From: Trichodelitschia bisporula
Lineage: Eukaryota
Reading direction: 5' to 3'
NCBI GenBank assembly: GCA_010356995.1
Contig: ML996694.1
Coordinates: 681,224 to 745,223, forward strand
Length of the DNA: 64,000 nucleotides
Part shown: positions 1 to 12,789 of the stretch, piece by piece
Layout: each line of letters starts with the position of its first letter
Numbering within the stretch: position 1 is the first letter of the stretch
Notes under the pieces: model-generated
Databases searched by the model: none
Told to the model about the DNA's origin: nothing
Seen by the model: the letters and a program-made list of their open reading frames with translations, nothing else
Translations under genes and position numbers: made by a program

Positions 1-1658
1 GTGACGAACAGCGAAATGGGGACCAAATTGGAGTACAACACCCAATACGTCAGGATATCGGAGAAGAACTGTTTGGCGCCATTGAAAGCCCCGTATTGCA
101 GGTACCACATCTTCTTCGCTGTGGTGGACCGCACAATCATATCACCGACGGAACTGATGATACTAAGAGAGATCAAAATTGCACCGAGCATCAGAATCTG
201 GTTGTTGAGCATGCGCTCGACGGCTGTCTTCTTGATCGGCGTCGCAGTCGCGTTGCGCATCAGCTTCGTTTCGTGGCCGGTGAAGACAACGACTCCATGA
301 ATCCAGGGAGTATTGCGCAAAGTAGCACCGCGCAGCAGCAGCTGCTCGGGTGACAGCGGGAGCTCCTTTTCACCACCGCCGGCTTGCATGGTAAGAGTGC
401 CCTCATAGGTGTAGAGACTGCTATTCGGCTGTTCAGACCGGACTCTACCGCCGAGCCGACTAAGTTCGCTGTGGCTGACAAGATGTGCCGTCTCGGGGAT
501 CGCTTGCTTGATCTTGAGATTCGTCTCCCCATCCAAGTTGGCGGTCTCGATGTAGCACAGACCTTCGGGCTCTGAGGACGCGAGGAGGATCAAATCCGCA
601 GGGAACGGCTCTTCTGATTCAACGCGGACGATATCTCCGACGGCAACCTTGATCCAACGGGTGTCCTCAAAGCTCGATCCACGTAAAATGCGGGCCTTAG
701 AATGGTTCAGCGACTGGTCAGAAGTCTTGCGGCGAAAATCTTCCACGAGTTCCTTGACGGCGGAGACAACCAACACGATGAAGAGAGGAACGATGGTGGT
801 ATATCGGTTGGTGGGTGAGATGTTGGGGATCTGTTGAAGGATGGCGGTGAAGAGGAAGAAGATGTTGGCGTACTTGGAGAACTGTTCGTAGAGAAATTTC
901 GGGAGGAAGGTAGCGATGTTGTATTTGGCGGTGGAAACGTGGTTATCGACGTATTTGTTCGCCGCATTGGCGGGTGGATTGTTGAGATGTATGAGGCGCG
1001 GACCCAAGGTCGACGGATCTGGTGCAGCTCGGCCGAAACCAAACTTGAATTTGCCTTTGGCCTTATGATCTGGCGGTTTTGGCTCCTCTGGACGCGCTCT
1101 CGACCCGGCCGCACCGGTCTCCGTCAGCGGCAGATCCATCTCCGATTCCGCATACTTCGGCTCCATGCCCAGCATGTGCTTTGCTCGTCCCACCAGCCCG
1201 CCACCCAAGCTCAGGATGCTGTTGCGACTTTGGGCATTCCGCACGGCAGAGTTTGAGTGGATGGGGGGATCATCGATGCCCCCCGTGGCGTAGTAGTTTG
1301 TTGTGGGGCGGTCATCGTGAAACTCGTCCATATCGGCATACCGGTCGTAGTTTCCTAGTACAGACGTCTGGGAGTATGTATGTTGCACCGGAGGCATGCT
1401 TAGATGGTCGTCAAAAGAGCCTGGTCTACCGGGGCCGTGAGCAGGCGTGGAGCGGTCGCGCTGGCTACCAATGAACTCGTCATAGGTGACGCTCGGGCGT
1501 GACGGGGTCTCGGTGTCGTCGATATTATATCGGCGTAAAAGCTCGTCATCAGGTGCAGGTGGACGAGATCCAGAGTTGTAGATTGGCTGGGAATCGTCGA
1601 GATCGAGAAGGAGGTCGTCGCGGGCAGGGGCTGGGCCTCCGGGGGGCCGTCCCGCCAT
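1..1658 (-). CDS. DRS2: P4-type ATPase / phospholipid flippase, 5' part (runs off window start)
   Basis: Hand translation from ATG 1658: MAGRPPGGP..DDLLLDLDD..RNSILSLGGG..NHVSTAKYNIATFLPKFLYEQFSKYAN..ANLDGETNLKIKQ. No stop in the window, so absent from the ORF track. Confidence 0.93.
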   Translation of the reverse strand, partial: MAGRPPGGPAPARDDLLLDLDDSQPIYNSGSRPPAPDDELLRRYNIDDTETPSRPSVTYDEFIGSQRDRSTPAHGPGRPGSFDDHLSMPPVQHTYSQTSVLGNYDRYADMDEFHDDRPTTNYYATGGIDDPPIHSNSAVRNAQSRNSILSLGGGLVGRAKHMLGMEPKYAESEMDLPLTETGAAGSRARPEEPKPPDHKAKGKFKFGFGRAAPDPSTLGPRLIHLNNPPANAANKYVDNHVSTAKYNIATFLPKFLYEQFSKYANIFFLFTAILQQIPNISPTNRYTTIVPLFIVLVVSAVKELVEDFRRKTSDQSLNHSKARILRGSSFEDTRWIKVAVGDIVRVESEEPFPADLILLASSEPEGLCYIETANLDGETNLKIKQAIPETAHLVSHSELSRLGGRVRSEQPNSSLYTYEGTLTMQAGGGEKELPLSPEQLLLRGATLRNTPWIHGVVVFTGHETKLMRNATATPIKKTAVERMLNNQILMLGAILISLSIISSVGDMIVRSTTAKKMWYLQYGAFNGAKQFFSDILTYWVLYSNLVPISLFV

Positions 1659-2499
1659 CTTTTCGGCGCGCTGAAGTTGCTCAAAAGGGTATTTGTATGT
1701 CTGTCGTCCTCAAGGTCATGGTGCAGCGGTACAGCTGCTGGGATGGAGCTGTCGTTGCCGCAGCGCTTGGTTGCTGGTTTGAAGCGCTGGCGTCACAGGG
1801 CTGGGGACGATGGAGCGATTGGCGCGGTGGTGGAGGGCGCAGCTGAAAACTAGCGGCAGCGCGGAAGGAGACTAGTGACTGGACCGGCGGGGTACCACGG
1901 GAGAGCGAGATTGCCGTGGTATGATTGAAGGTATTGAACCGTCGTCGAAGTGGTGATGTTCGTATGAATGTATTGTGGAGTTGGTTGCTCAGCTAGGATA
2001 AGCCGTGCAGCGCTGGGCTCTGGGCCTGAGGAGTTGAGGGCTCAAAGACGCCTCAGCCACATTCCAAGCAAACCAATCAGACCTCTCCGTCGTATAATTA
2101 GACCCCACAAGGCCCACCTGGCGGCGACTATTCGCACAGCAGTTTATGCGCCCATCGTTTCGACTTCTCTGAGTACGTATGCGCCAATCTGATTAACTCC
2201 CAGAGATGGATGACGTGCATTATACTTCGATAAGATGTGGCCTGGAGACTATCAGAGATGGAGGACAGACCCTTGAACAAACCTCCTCTCAAACCTCCAG
2301 GATTGAGAATTTGATTCAAAGGCATACTACCGTAGATGCTGAGGGACATCAAGTGACATGGTATTGGTGTAGAACGAACTCAAGGGTAACCGAAGTTCTC
2401 GAGCCGAGCAAGAGTCAAAATCGAAAAGACTGCACCTTATGATGCATGTAGAGAAGAAGTACTTCCTATTGTACACCGTCTACCGAACCCCACACTATG

Positions 2500-3663
2500 C
2501 TATCGCTCTAGTATCATGCCGCGGACCGACTTCCAGTACAGGGGACTGACATGCGTCTGCAGCTCTTCGCCCGAAAGCCACTTGAAGTCCTTCAAGCCGA
2601 ACAGGTTGGTCGCCAGATCCGCCTGGCCGGCCATGATCCTCGCCTTCATGAAGAACACCTTCTCCCCCAGTACCTGGTTGGGGCCGTCAACAACCGGTTT
2701 TAGGAGGTCGAACTTGTAGTAGCCGATGGGGGCATTGCCAACCACCCATGTGTTCATGTTGATACCGCCCGTTTGGACGAGCACACGTTCCGCAGCCTGA
2801 TCCAATTAGAATAATTGTAACATGGCCATGACCAGACGTACCATGTGGAGGTTCTCCCTTCCTTGCAGAATGTCGTTGGGAAAGACCCACCGGCCCTGTT
2901 GGTTCTGGACTAGCAGGTATAGGGTGCGCTGCAGCAGACGGTTCAAGCTCTTCTGATCGTTCAGCTTGTCAGCCTCAGTGATGCGGGGCATGGGTTGCTC
3001 GAGGGACGTGGCCGTCTCCTCCTCCTTGGTCGGCTCCTCAGCATCCTTCAAGAGCTCCTGCATTTGGTGCTCTGGCTCGCTCTCCACTGCCCCGACCAGC
3101 AGCTCGTCATTCCATCCCTCTGCGCCGTACGCATTGTACTTCCCGATGTCGCGAGCAGGCGTCTGCCGTTCCTTGACCCGGCGCTTGTATTGGATGTCGG
3201 CAGGGGTATCTTTGCGGAAGTAGAAGTAGCGGGTAAAGGGCAAAGCGAGTCGTTCATTCAGCCGGCGCTGGTAGAGGAAGAAGGACTTCTCAAAGGGTGT
3301 GAGGTCGCGCGTGATCTGCGGAGGGCGGGAGAGAACCACGCCTGCGCGCATCTGGTAGGACTGGGTGACGGCCGGTGCGGCTTTCGGGATATGTTCAGCA
3401 GTGCGGGGAATCTGCTCTGCGAGGATATTGATTTCGGGGGCTGGCGCAGCTTCAGCTGCAGCAGCGGAGCTGGAGGCATGACGGCGAACGATGCCCGCAC
3501 GACAGGACCGACATATGACGCCCTTGGCCGGATGTGCTTGTTGGTGAGCTCAATTGCAGTAGAAAGGGGGTAGAAAAATACCTTGGGCTGTAAAGGCCCG
3601 GCGAAGGGTGTGCTGGGTCGCGCTCATCTCATATCGATGCAACAGGCGGACGGAGGCTTCCAT
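2500..3663 (-). CDS. MRPL17: Mitochondrial large ribosomal subunit protein mL46 (yeast MRPL17-like), 3 exons
   Basis: AGVVLSRPPQITRDLTPFEKSF, PRITEADKLNDQKSLNRLLQRTLYLLV, C-terminal Nudix-like NTWVVGNAPIG..KVFFMKARIMAGQ; two short GT-AG introns near 3540-3580 and 2800-2840. Confidence 0.88.
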
Positions 3664-3854
3664 GTTGGCGGCCGATGCTGAAAAGTTTGGAGAGACACTT
3701 TAGCGCGCGCTGGGCGGAAAGCGGAGGGCGGAGCCGCAGACCGATGGGCTAGGTAAGCGATTAAGCGCGCTTAGAGGGCAACGAGTATTTAAGAGTTTGA
3801 AGGCTCCTCCCCTCTCCGCCTTTTCTTCTTCTTCCAGACACCAAATCCTTATCA

Positions 3855-3980
3855 CCACTCGACTCTTTGCGCAATGGCGAACTGGTCATTTGACGGTGTC
3901 GAGATAAACTTGCAGACTATTCGCTAACAGTACCTTCGCAAATCTCAAGGCGTACAGTTAGATAGTTTCTGCGGACATAC
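3855..3980 (+). ncRNA. Probable box H/ACA snoRNA
   Basis: Hairpin 1 (CTCGAC/GTCGAG lower stem, AATGGC/GTCATT upper stem), H box AGATAA 3902-3907, long hairpin 2 (TTGCAG/CTGCGG, ACTAT/ATAGT, CTAAC/GTTAG, GTAC/GTAC), then ACA at 3975-3977. TATA-like TATTTAAG at ~3786 and a CT-rich leader upstream. Confidence 0.7.
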
Positions 3981-4481
3981 ATGCATTCACCGTGACGTCT
4001 CTTGAACGTGAATGCCTCCGAGGGACAAGAGCTCAGTACTACGCTGGTGCTGTGCGAATCAAGTGACGGCGAGAAGATCTTGAACATCATTCTCGTGTTC
4101 TAAGCTCGTATGCAGAGTTGCAGGCGCTTTACCGTAGCCTTCTGAGCAGCGGCAGGATATTCATAGTCAGCTTCGGCTTCAGCTTTCAGCTCCAGCTCTA
4201 GCCTAGCTTCAAATCATCACTGCAAGATATCAAATTTTGCTACTACGTGCCCAGTTGCCACTACTATATTTCACCAGTGCCTGCTCAGCGCATAAGCATC
4301 GCCATCTATTCTCACGCGCCCTTAACGCTCCCCATCCAACTAGAGCCGCCCAGTCAAAACCACCCGCCACCAGCGACAACACACTGGACCTGCGCATGCA
4401 GCTCGCCTTGCAACCTCCCGTCGCACCCCAACGCCGGACAAGTCTCTCGAAGGCTGTTGCCCACGGAGGGCATCTTTCGCC

Positions 4482-7173
4482 ATGGCAGAGGGAACCCATA
4501 ATGCGCACATAGATCTCGAGAAGGAGTTGACCTGCTCAGTGCGTGCCCCTGCCTACCCCGCAATGTCCGCCGCTAACACCTCCGCCTTAGATCTGTACAG
4601 ACGTCTTATTCCAGCCTCTCACCCTTCTCGACTGCCTCCACACCTTCTGCGGGGCCTGTCTTAAGGAGTGGTTCCTGTCACAAGCTTCGAGCGCTACCAG
4701 CCTCCATCCTTACACCTGCCCATCATGTCGTGCTTCCGTTCGCGGCACCAAGGCAAATGCCACAGTCACAACGCTACTCGACATGTTCCTACATGCCAAC
4801 CCGGGCAAAGGCAAGACAACCGAGGAGCAGGATGAACAGCGGCGCATCTACAAGCCCGGTGACAACGTGCTCCCTCGTTTGCGCCGCCGCGCCCCAGACA
4901 ACGAGGATGACGAGGACCGCCGTGTACTCGATGAGGTGCGCGAGCTCAGCTTACGCGAGGTGGGCGTGTCAACCACCACACACTCTGCCGAACCAAGAGA
5001 AAGCAGGAGGCGAGGTGGAGGCCACAGTCGGGAACCCTCGCGCGACCGTACTCGCGCCCGCCTTGCCACTCGGCCCGATGGTCAGCGAAGCCGCACCGCC
5101 TCACGCGCCGCCTCGCGAGACACGTCACAAGTTCCGCCACGTCAGGTTGAGCACCAAGCGAGTCTGCGGTCGCTCTTGTCAGCATCAGAAGTAGATCCGC
5201 GGGATTTGGAAGAGGAGATAATGCGTCAGATCGAGGAGGAAGGGCTCTTGGATGGAATCGATCTGAACAACGTAGATGCGGTCCAAGAGAATGAGATAAG
5301 TGAGCGAATCGCCGAGGCTCTCAGGAGAAGGCATGAGGACAGACGGCGAGAAAGGCGTGAAAGAGACCACGCCCTAGCCGCGTCGCAACCTGCAATACCG
5401 ACGACTCGCGAGGCTCCTCCTAGGAGCGTTCCTACAACGGCGCAAAATTCTAGGGACCGGTCGCGACCACCCAACCGGGTGGAGAGCCGACATCAGCGAA
5501 CCGCTTCAGCTCAGCGACCCATCCACTCGTCGTCGGATCTCCCTCCGAATCCAACTCCTTCAGCGGCACTCGGCATGAGAAGGCGAAGTTCGGCCCACGA
5601 GCGGTCTCCCACCGAAATGGAGCGTCAGCGTGTCACGCAGCGAAGCAATTCCGGTCAAACAGGGGAAACACCTGCAAATACCACACGTGTGAGGAGCACT
5701 ACTCAAACCATTGCTGCTGAACCCCGTATGCGCCGTTCTCCTAGGATTGGTAGCTCAACTTTCCCGGTCGACAATCAAAATAGGCGCGCGAACCACAGCT
5801 CGCCGTCCCTTGTCTCCAGCCAGCCAGCTCCGATTGTCGTATCACCGCAGCCGTCTACGCCAACCGGCTCTACTCTATCTGCACAAGCCGTGGTCAATGC
5901 GCCCACATTATCTGAGAGACCAAGAGCGACTTCCGCGACTGCACCAGCTGCTCGACCAACAATGTACACGGAGCCCTCCATTAGCTGTAACCGCTGCGGG
6001 CTGTCGGATATCCAGTACGAGGTTTACTACAACTGTCAACGCTGCCAGTCGGGGAACTACAACCTGTGCCTACGTTGCTACCGCCATGGGAAAGGCTGCC
6101 TCCAATGGTATGGATTCGGCCGGGCCGCTATGCAGAAATACAAGCGGCTGGAGCCTCCGGAAGGCTACCCCCAAGGTCACGAGGAGCCTCATGTACTGAT
6201 CGGCCATCGATATCTGCACCCAACTCACGCAACGCTTCCGGCCTCCCATCCGTCGCGACTGGTTACAGACGAAGATCCTGCAAAGCGGTTACAGAGCGGC
6301 GTCTTCTGTGACATATGCAGCGCATTTGCCAACTCCTGTTACTGGAAATGCGACTCATGCAACGAGGGGGCATGGGGTTTCTGTAACGACTGCGTCAACA
6401 CCGGCCATCATTGCACGCACCCGCTTTTACCCTTGAAGCAAAAACCAGCAAGCCCAGCGCCATCACACCTGGCAGCCCCTTCAGAACCCCATCTCCCCTC
6501 ACCTCCCTCAACCCCTAAGTCCGCCACCTTCCTTCCCGGCCCAAACTCCACGCAACTAGCGAACTCCACCTTCTATCCTCTTACCTTCACCACCAAATGC
6601 AACCGCTGCTCCTACCCCATCTCGCCCTCGCACTCCCGCTTTCACTGCTCCAGCTGCGACAACGGCGACTACGACCTCTGCTCCAGCTGCTACTCCGCCC
6701 TCGCTGCTGCAGGCCGCGTATCGCCCGAAAACGGAGTCGGAGGCTGGCGCCGCTGCCCAAGCGGCCACCGGATGGTGGTCGTAGGCTTCGAAGACCGCGA
6801 CGGAGGCCAGAGACGCGTGGTCGTGCGGGACTTGGTCGGGGGGCATGCGCTGCGTGAGGACGGGGAGTCGCATGGCGCGCTTGCCACGCCGAATTGGAGC
6901 TGGAGGGATGCGGACGGGACGGTTCGCCGGGCGAGGTCGGCACGGGCTAATGTCTCGGGCCTAGGCCGGTTTCCGCCTGATAGTGGCGTGGGTATGCGCG
7001 TGCTGGGTGAGTGGGGCTATTTCCCGGCTGATGGTGTGGTGGATGAACTTATGTTCCCGAGAGGAGCGGAGGTGCGTGAGGTGGAGGATATCAATGGGGA
7101 TTGGTTTTGGGGAGTTTATGCTGGGGCGAAGGGGTTATTTCCTGGGAACTATGTGCGGTATCTAGCGGGGTAG
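4482..7173 (+). CDS. RING finger + three ZZ-type zinc fingers + C-terminal SH3 protein (putative E3 ligase)
   Basis: Intron 4539-4590 joins LEKELTCS|ICTDVLFQPLTLLDCLHTFCGAC..CPSCR (RING-HC); three CxxC..CxxC..CxxC ZZ-like units; SH3 ELMFPRGAEVREVEDINGDWFWG..GLFPGNYV. Confidence 0.88.
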
Positions 7174-7549
7174 GGTGAACTGTGGAGACGCGGTGATTGC
7201 ATGTTGGTCTTGCTAGTTTAGAGCATTGGCGCCGATGTATTTGGTCTTGGGATTTATGACAAAGTTTGGACTATGTTTGCCGTTCGTTTGAGTGCAGCCT
7301 TGATGCATATCTCCAGCCTGGGGATCACCGTTGCTGATCGTTCAAGTCGTTTGACTGTATGACGTTCGAGTGCAAAGATTTTATGCATGTGCCTCTTGCC
7401 TCGGTGATCCCCGTCGCTGATCGTTCAAGCGTTGGAAAAGCTAAGGCCCTAATGCAAGAATCCTAGGCTCTGATGGGCTCCAGCCCCCAGTTCGGCAGTC
7501 ACAACCTTGATGTCCCCTCCAAGACTTCCTTCCTGAACGGTCTAGTTCG

Positions 7550-7734
7550 ATCAGATAAGCAGCCACACGAAAACGTCTGCAGGCCACGCCTTCCCTCCTC
7601 CGATTGGCCACTACACTGCAAATTCGAGCGGAACTGCGGGGCCACTTCGACAAATAGCACCGACGTCGCGCCGCCCGCATCTTTAAAAAGCCCAAACTCC
7701 ACCTTGATCATGATTGATCTTATCAATCTGATAA
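7550..7734 (+). promoter_or_regulatory. SreA/SRE-type iron-repression GATA elements
   Basis: ATCAGATAA at 7550-7558, ATCTGATAA at 7726-7734 and an adjacent inverted GATAAG at 7719-7724, 115-300 bp upstream of a siderophore transporter; matches ATCWGATAA. Confidence 0.75.
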
Positions 7735-7849
7735 CTTTTCAATCCAACTAAAAGCACGTGACAGCGCCTTGTGGTCGACGTCACTCTGATTCGTCACTCT
7801 CCGGACCTCCCATTTCGACTGTACGGGCTCCGTCGGGGCGAAGATCATA

Positions 7850-9915
7850 ATGGACGAGCCACGTGCAGAGGGTAAGGTGGGCAGCGGGCCCAAAGCTCTT
7901 GAGAAGAGCGATTCGCCGGTCTCCAATCAGCCTGAGGCCAGTTCGAGCAGCTCAGCCCAGAGCCATGACGAGGCTGAGGCGGATGTGGGCGTGCGGCGGA
8001 TGGAGGCCGTGAGCCGGAGTTGGTCGAAGTGGGGAATCATCGTGGCTTATGTCTCGTGAGTGAACCAAGTGATTGTACGGACGAATGCTAACGACCAGAC
8101 TGCTGTTGATGGCAAATATCACGTCGCTTGAGGTTCAAGTAACGAGTACCCTGACACCGTTCGCAACGAGCGCGTTCCTGGCCCACTCCCTCGTGTCAAC
8201 GGTCACCGTGGTACAGGGCGTGGTAAACTGTGCGACCCTGACCCCCTCATTCATCCGAAGAACACGCAGCTAACCGACACCAGCCGTGATCAAACCGCCA
8301 ATCTCCAAAATCGCCAACGTCTTCGGCCGCTTCGAGTCCTTCACCCTAGCCGTGACTATCTACATCGTGGGCTACATCCAGCAGGCGGCGTCACACAACG
8401 TGCGCACCTATGCCTCGGCGCAGATCTTCTACGCAGCCGGCTCGCAGGGCGTGCAGATTCTGCAGCAGATCTTTGTCGCTGATACGACGGACCTGCTGAA
8501 CCGCGCTCTGTTCAGCACGCTCTTTGATCTCCCCTTCTTGTGGACCGTCTGGGCGGGCGCACCCATTGCGCAGCGCTTCCTCGCGGGCCCCGGCTGGCGC
8601 TGGGGATATGCGACCTGGGCGATCGTGTTGCCGGTTGCGTTTGCGCCGCTCGCAGTGACGTTGTGGTGGAATCAGCGAAGAGCGGCGCAGAGGGGGATTT
8701 TGCCTAAGTCCGCGCTTGCGGGGTTGAGTTTCTGGCAGGGAGCGAAGAAGTTGTGGTTCGAGATGGATGTGTTCGGTCTGCTGCTTCTGTCGGCTGCGAT
8801 TTCGCTGGTGCTCATCCCGTTGACGCTGGCGGCGTCGGCGAAGGGTGGCTGGAATAACGCCAGCATCATTGCTATGCTCGTTGTTGGCGGCGTGTGTCTC
8901 GTCGTGTTCCCGTTCTGGGAGCGAAGCAGACTTCTCGCACCGCATGCTTTCTTCCCGGCGCGCATGTTCAAAGAGCGGACCGTGATGGCAGGCATCGGAA
9001 TTGGGTTCTTCTACTTCAGTAAGCACCCCTCCCCCTCTCACTCAAACCTACTAACCCGTCCCCAGTGGCCTTCTACCTCTCCGTCTTTCCCTACTTCTTC
9101 TCCTACCTCCTCATCGTGCAAGGCGAATCCGTCACCGCCGCGGGGCACATAACCCAAACCTTCAGCTTCACTTCCACCGTCTCCTCCATTGTCGTCTCCC
9201 TCCTGATCAAATACACCCGCGTGTACAAGCCCTTCCTCATCCTCGGCAGCTGCATCTATATGATGGGTTTGGGCCTCATGCTGCGCTACCGCGACCAAGG
9301 CTCCAGCACGGGGACACTGGTCGGGTGCCAGATAGCCGTCGGCATCGGCGGAGGCATGCTCAATGTGCCCGCGCAGCTCGGCGTGCAAGCTGCCGTCGCC
9401 CACACCGACGTCGCCGCCGCCACAGCCATTTTTCTGACATTTGTCGAGATCGGTGGCGCGGTTGGCGGGGCTATTTCGGGGGCGATTTGGGGCGCGACGG
9501 TGCCGAAGCGCCTGGCGATGTATCTGCCGGAGCGCAGCAAGCACCTCGCGCCGCTGATTTATGGGAATGTGACGATGGCGGCGCATGGTTGGGCTCCGGG
9601 AACGGAGGAGGGAATTGCGATTAGGCGGGCGTATCAGGAGGGGATGAGTGCGTTGCTTAAGGTTGCGGTAGGGGTTGCGGCGCCGATTGTTGTCCTGAGC
9701 TTCTTTATGAAGGGAGGAAGGCTGGATAAGGTGAGTTCTGCGAGTGCGTGTGGTCTAGGAGTGACGCTGATGGGATATAGATGGACCAGAAGGTTCGGGG
9801 GAATGTTATCGGCGTTGAGAGGAGGGATGGTGAGAGTGAAAGCGAAGGCGGACAGCCGCAGAGTACATATGGGGCGATTCGGGAACGGTTTAGCGCGTGG
9901 ACTGGGAGGAAGTAG
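7850..9915 (+). CDS. Siderophore-iron transporter (MFS, SIT/ARN/MirB family), 5 exons
   Basis: GVRRMEAVSRSW, HSLVSTVTVVQGVVN|SVIKPPISKIANVFGR, IFVADTTDLLNRAL, WRWGY, terminal DQKVRGNVIG; introns ~8056-8098, 8230-8283, 9019-9065, 9731-9780. Confidence 0.9.
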
Positions 9916-12014
9916 GTAATGCTAGCAGGTTGGGGATGTATAAAATAGCGGTGGGTTGTTGATATCCTTGAGAATGTCATGAGAGAGCGCTCATCGTTGC
10001 GCAAATGGTATGATGACTCCAAATAATTGTATTCAATTCCTAGGCATTCAAATAAGCCCGTGATGCCGACTGTCGTAAATTGTTCACCACATACCACCTG
10101 GATACCATCGCTTCCCATCGTATACAATCAATAAGTGCCCTCGTCCGTCATCTTGACCATGATCTCCAGAGTGTCAACCAAAACTGAGAACGGTTCTTGA
10201 TCTGGAGATGACCCCTGTGCCACACGCATTGACACCCACCGGCCGGGCCGGGTAGGGCTGATTGTGTATCGATCGCCGATCGCTGTGCGAGTCTGTATGA
10301 CCGAGGAGCTTGTGTGCTGTCTCAGAGCCGTTGAAAGCAGTTATTGGTGGGTTGTCAGACTTTGGATAGCGAACCATAGACGCCGAACTACGGCAGTCGG
10401 TATGCAGGGTCTTCCAGGAAGGTTAACGATGCTCTTTTCGGTTGACAAGGGTGTCAACTGTCAAACTGGTTCGGAGATTTAAGGCTGGAGTGGTGGAGAA
10501 ACATGTGCGATAACTCATGCACTTTTGGCTATGGAAAAGTGCATATTGTCAGCCAGCTCGGTTCAAGATTCCATAGCTGCCCAAATCAGACCATATCGAC
10601 TCTACAAAAGGCGATGAGTAGGACAAACCTGGGTCAGGCGTCGCTAAACTGGTCCTTTGTACGTATTGCAGTGCAAGGGCTGGGCCAGCAAGCGAATCCC
10701 CCGATTCCTAAAACGGCGATATCCGGGGAACCAAAAGCTTCACCGTGTCTGAGTACGTGCGGGGTCTCATTCTCCGGACAACGAAGCGAAGCCTGTGCTC
10801 ACTAGAGTTACGAGGCCTGGCGATCCTCACACTGTACAATGAGGAAGATTCTTCAGGAAGAGTTTGAGCAACGTGTCTTTGTTCCAATGCGGGGAAGCCT
10901 CTGCAAGAGGTAGAACTAAAAGCGGACGGAAAAAAAAGTGCTGTGGTCGAAGCCTTGAAAGACGTCACGCTTCCTGCCCTTGTGGCCTCCACGCGAACCA
11001 TGCTGAGATAACACGCGAGCGTCGGCTCCGGCGCTTACTGTGTACTCCGAAACCATTCTGCTTTGTCCGTCGACCACGAGGCTGAGGGACGAGGCTGCGC
11101 ACACGACGCAAGTGGTGTAACTCCCGAAGATCTTTGACACTAGGTTAGCAGATGGTGTACGAGTGTGGCAGCTACTGTAAACTCTCCGCGCCCCTTTGGT
11201 CAGCTTGTATCGCAAAGGACCCCTGAGTGGCAGCAAGGATTTCACAATGCACGTGAAAGGGAGGGGGAAGAGGTTCACTGAGGGATTTAGAGCCGAATTG
11301 GGATAGAAGCAGATACTCAAATACTGTAGGAATCAGTGAAAGGAAGATAGATTGCTCCCAGGGCCTTTATCATGCACTGACATCATCTTTGTGCGGTCAA
11401 GTTCGGCACAGCGGCGGTGAGATGGAGCGGTGGCCAGAACCCCCCCGTTGGGCTTCACCAGCCACTTTGCTGCATCAGAGCTTAGAGGCACAACAGGCCA
11501 CCCTTGCCAATTGAGGCGGTGCAAGCGCGGTTAGCAGCGTTTCGGGCGGGTCTTGGAGTCTTGGGGGGCTTCTGGTGAACGACAACTTCACGTCTTCTTT
11601 CGTCCCAACCACCACCTTCCGACCACCTCCTCAACGCCCATTCTCTCCGCCTTCGGCCCCGCAGGCGTATTTCTTTGCCGGCGCTGTTCATTTGATTGAG
11701 ATATCGTGTTTGTCCGCTGCGGCGCTCCAGTGCATTGTTCCCTCAAGAGCCTCCCAGCACAGTCCCCCTTCCCCGCTCTCAGAAAGACTGCTATCGAGTC
11801 CCCCGCGGCACTTTTGACAGTCAGGCTCCCTGTTACCTTCCTATATATGCATCTGCTAATAAAGCGCGTTTAGTTCCAAACTCGCGCAATCCTCAAGTCC
11901 TGCCCGCCCGCTCTCCCGTTCCCAATCCGCCTCCTTCACCGTACGCTTTTCTCCTTGCCTTAGTGTCGACCTGGCATCTGCCTGATACGGCGCCTTTGCT
12001 CAAGCTCCGGCTGA

Positions 12015-12789
<775 letters not shown>

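Noticed and set aside
3862..3930. U4 snRNA-like start (CTTTGCGCAATGGC)
   Set aside because: Lacks the U4 kink-turn, GTTGAAAAC and Sm site; H/ACA architecture fits better.
7321..7431. ~26-bp direct repeat pair (GATC.CCGT.GCTGATCGTTCAAG)
   Set aside because: Only two copies; no transposon, LTR or CRISPR context.
10500..11330. Possible decayed gene with an intron-like segment at ~10753-10805
   Set aside because: No coherent frame or recognisable motif could be assembled.
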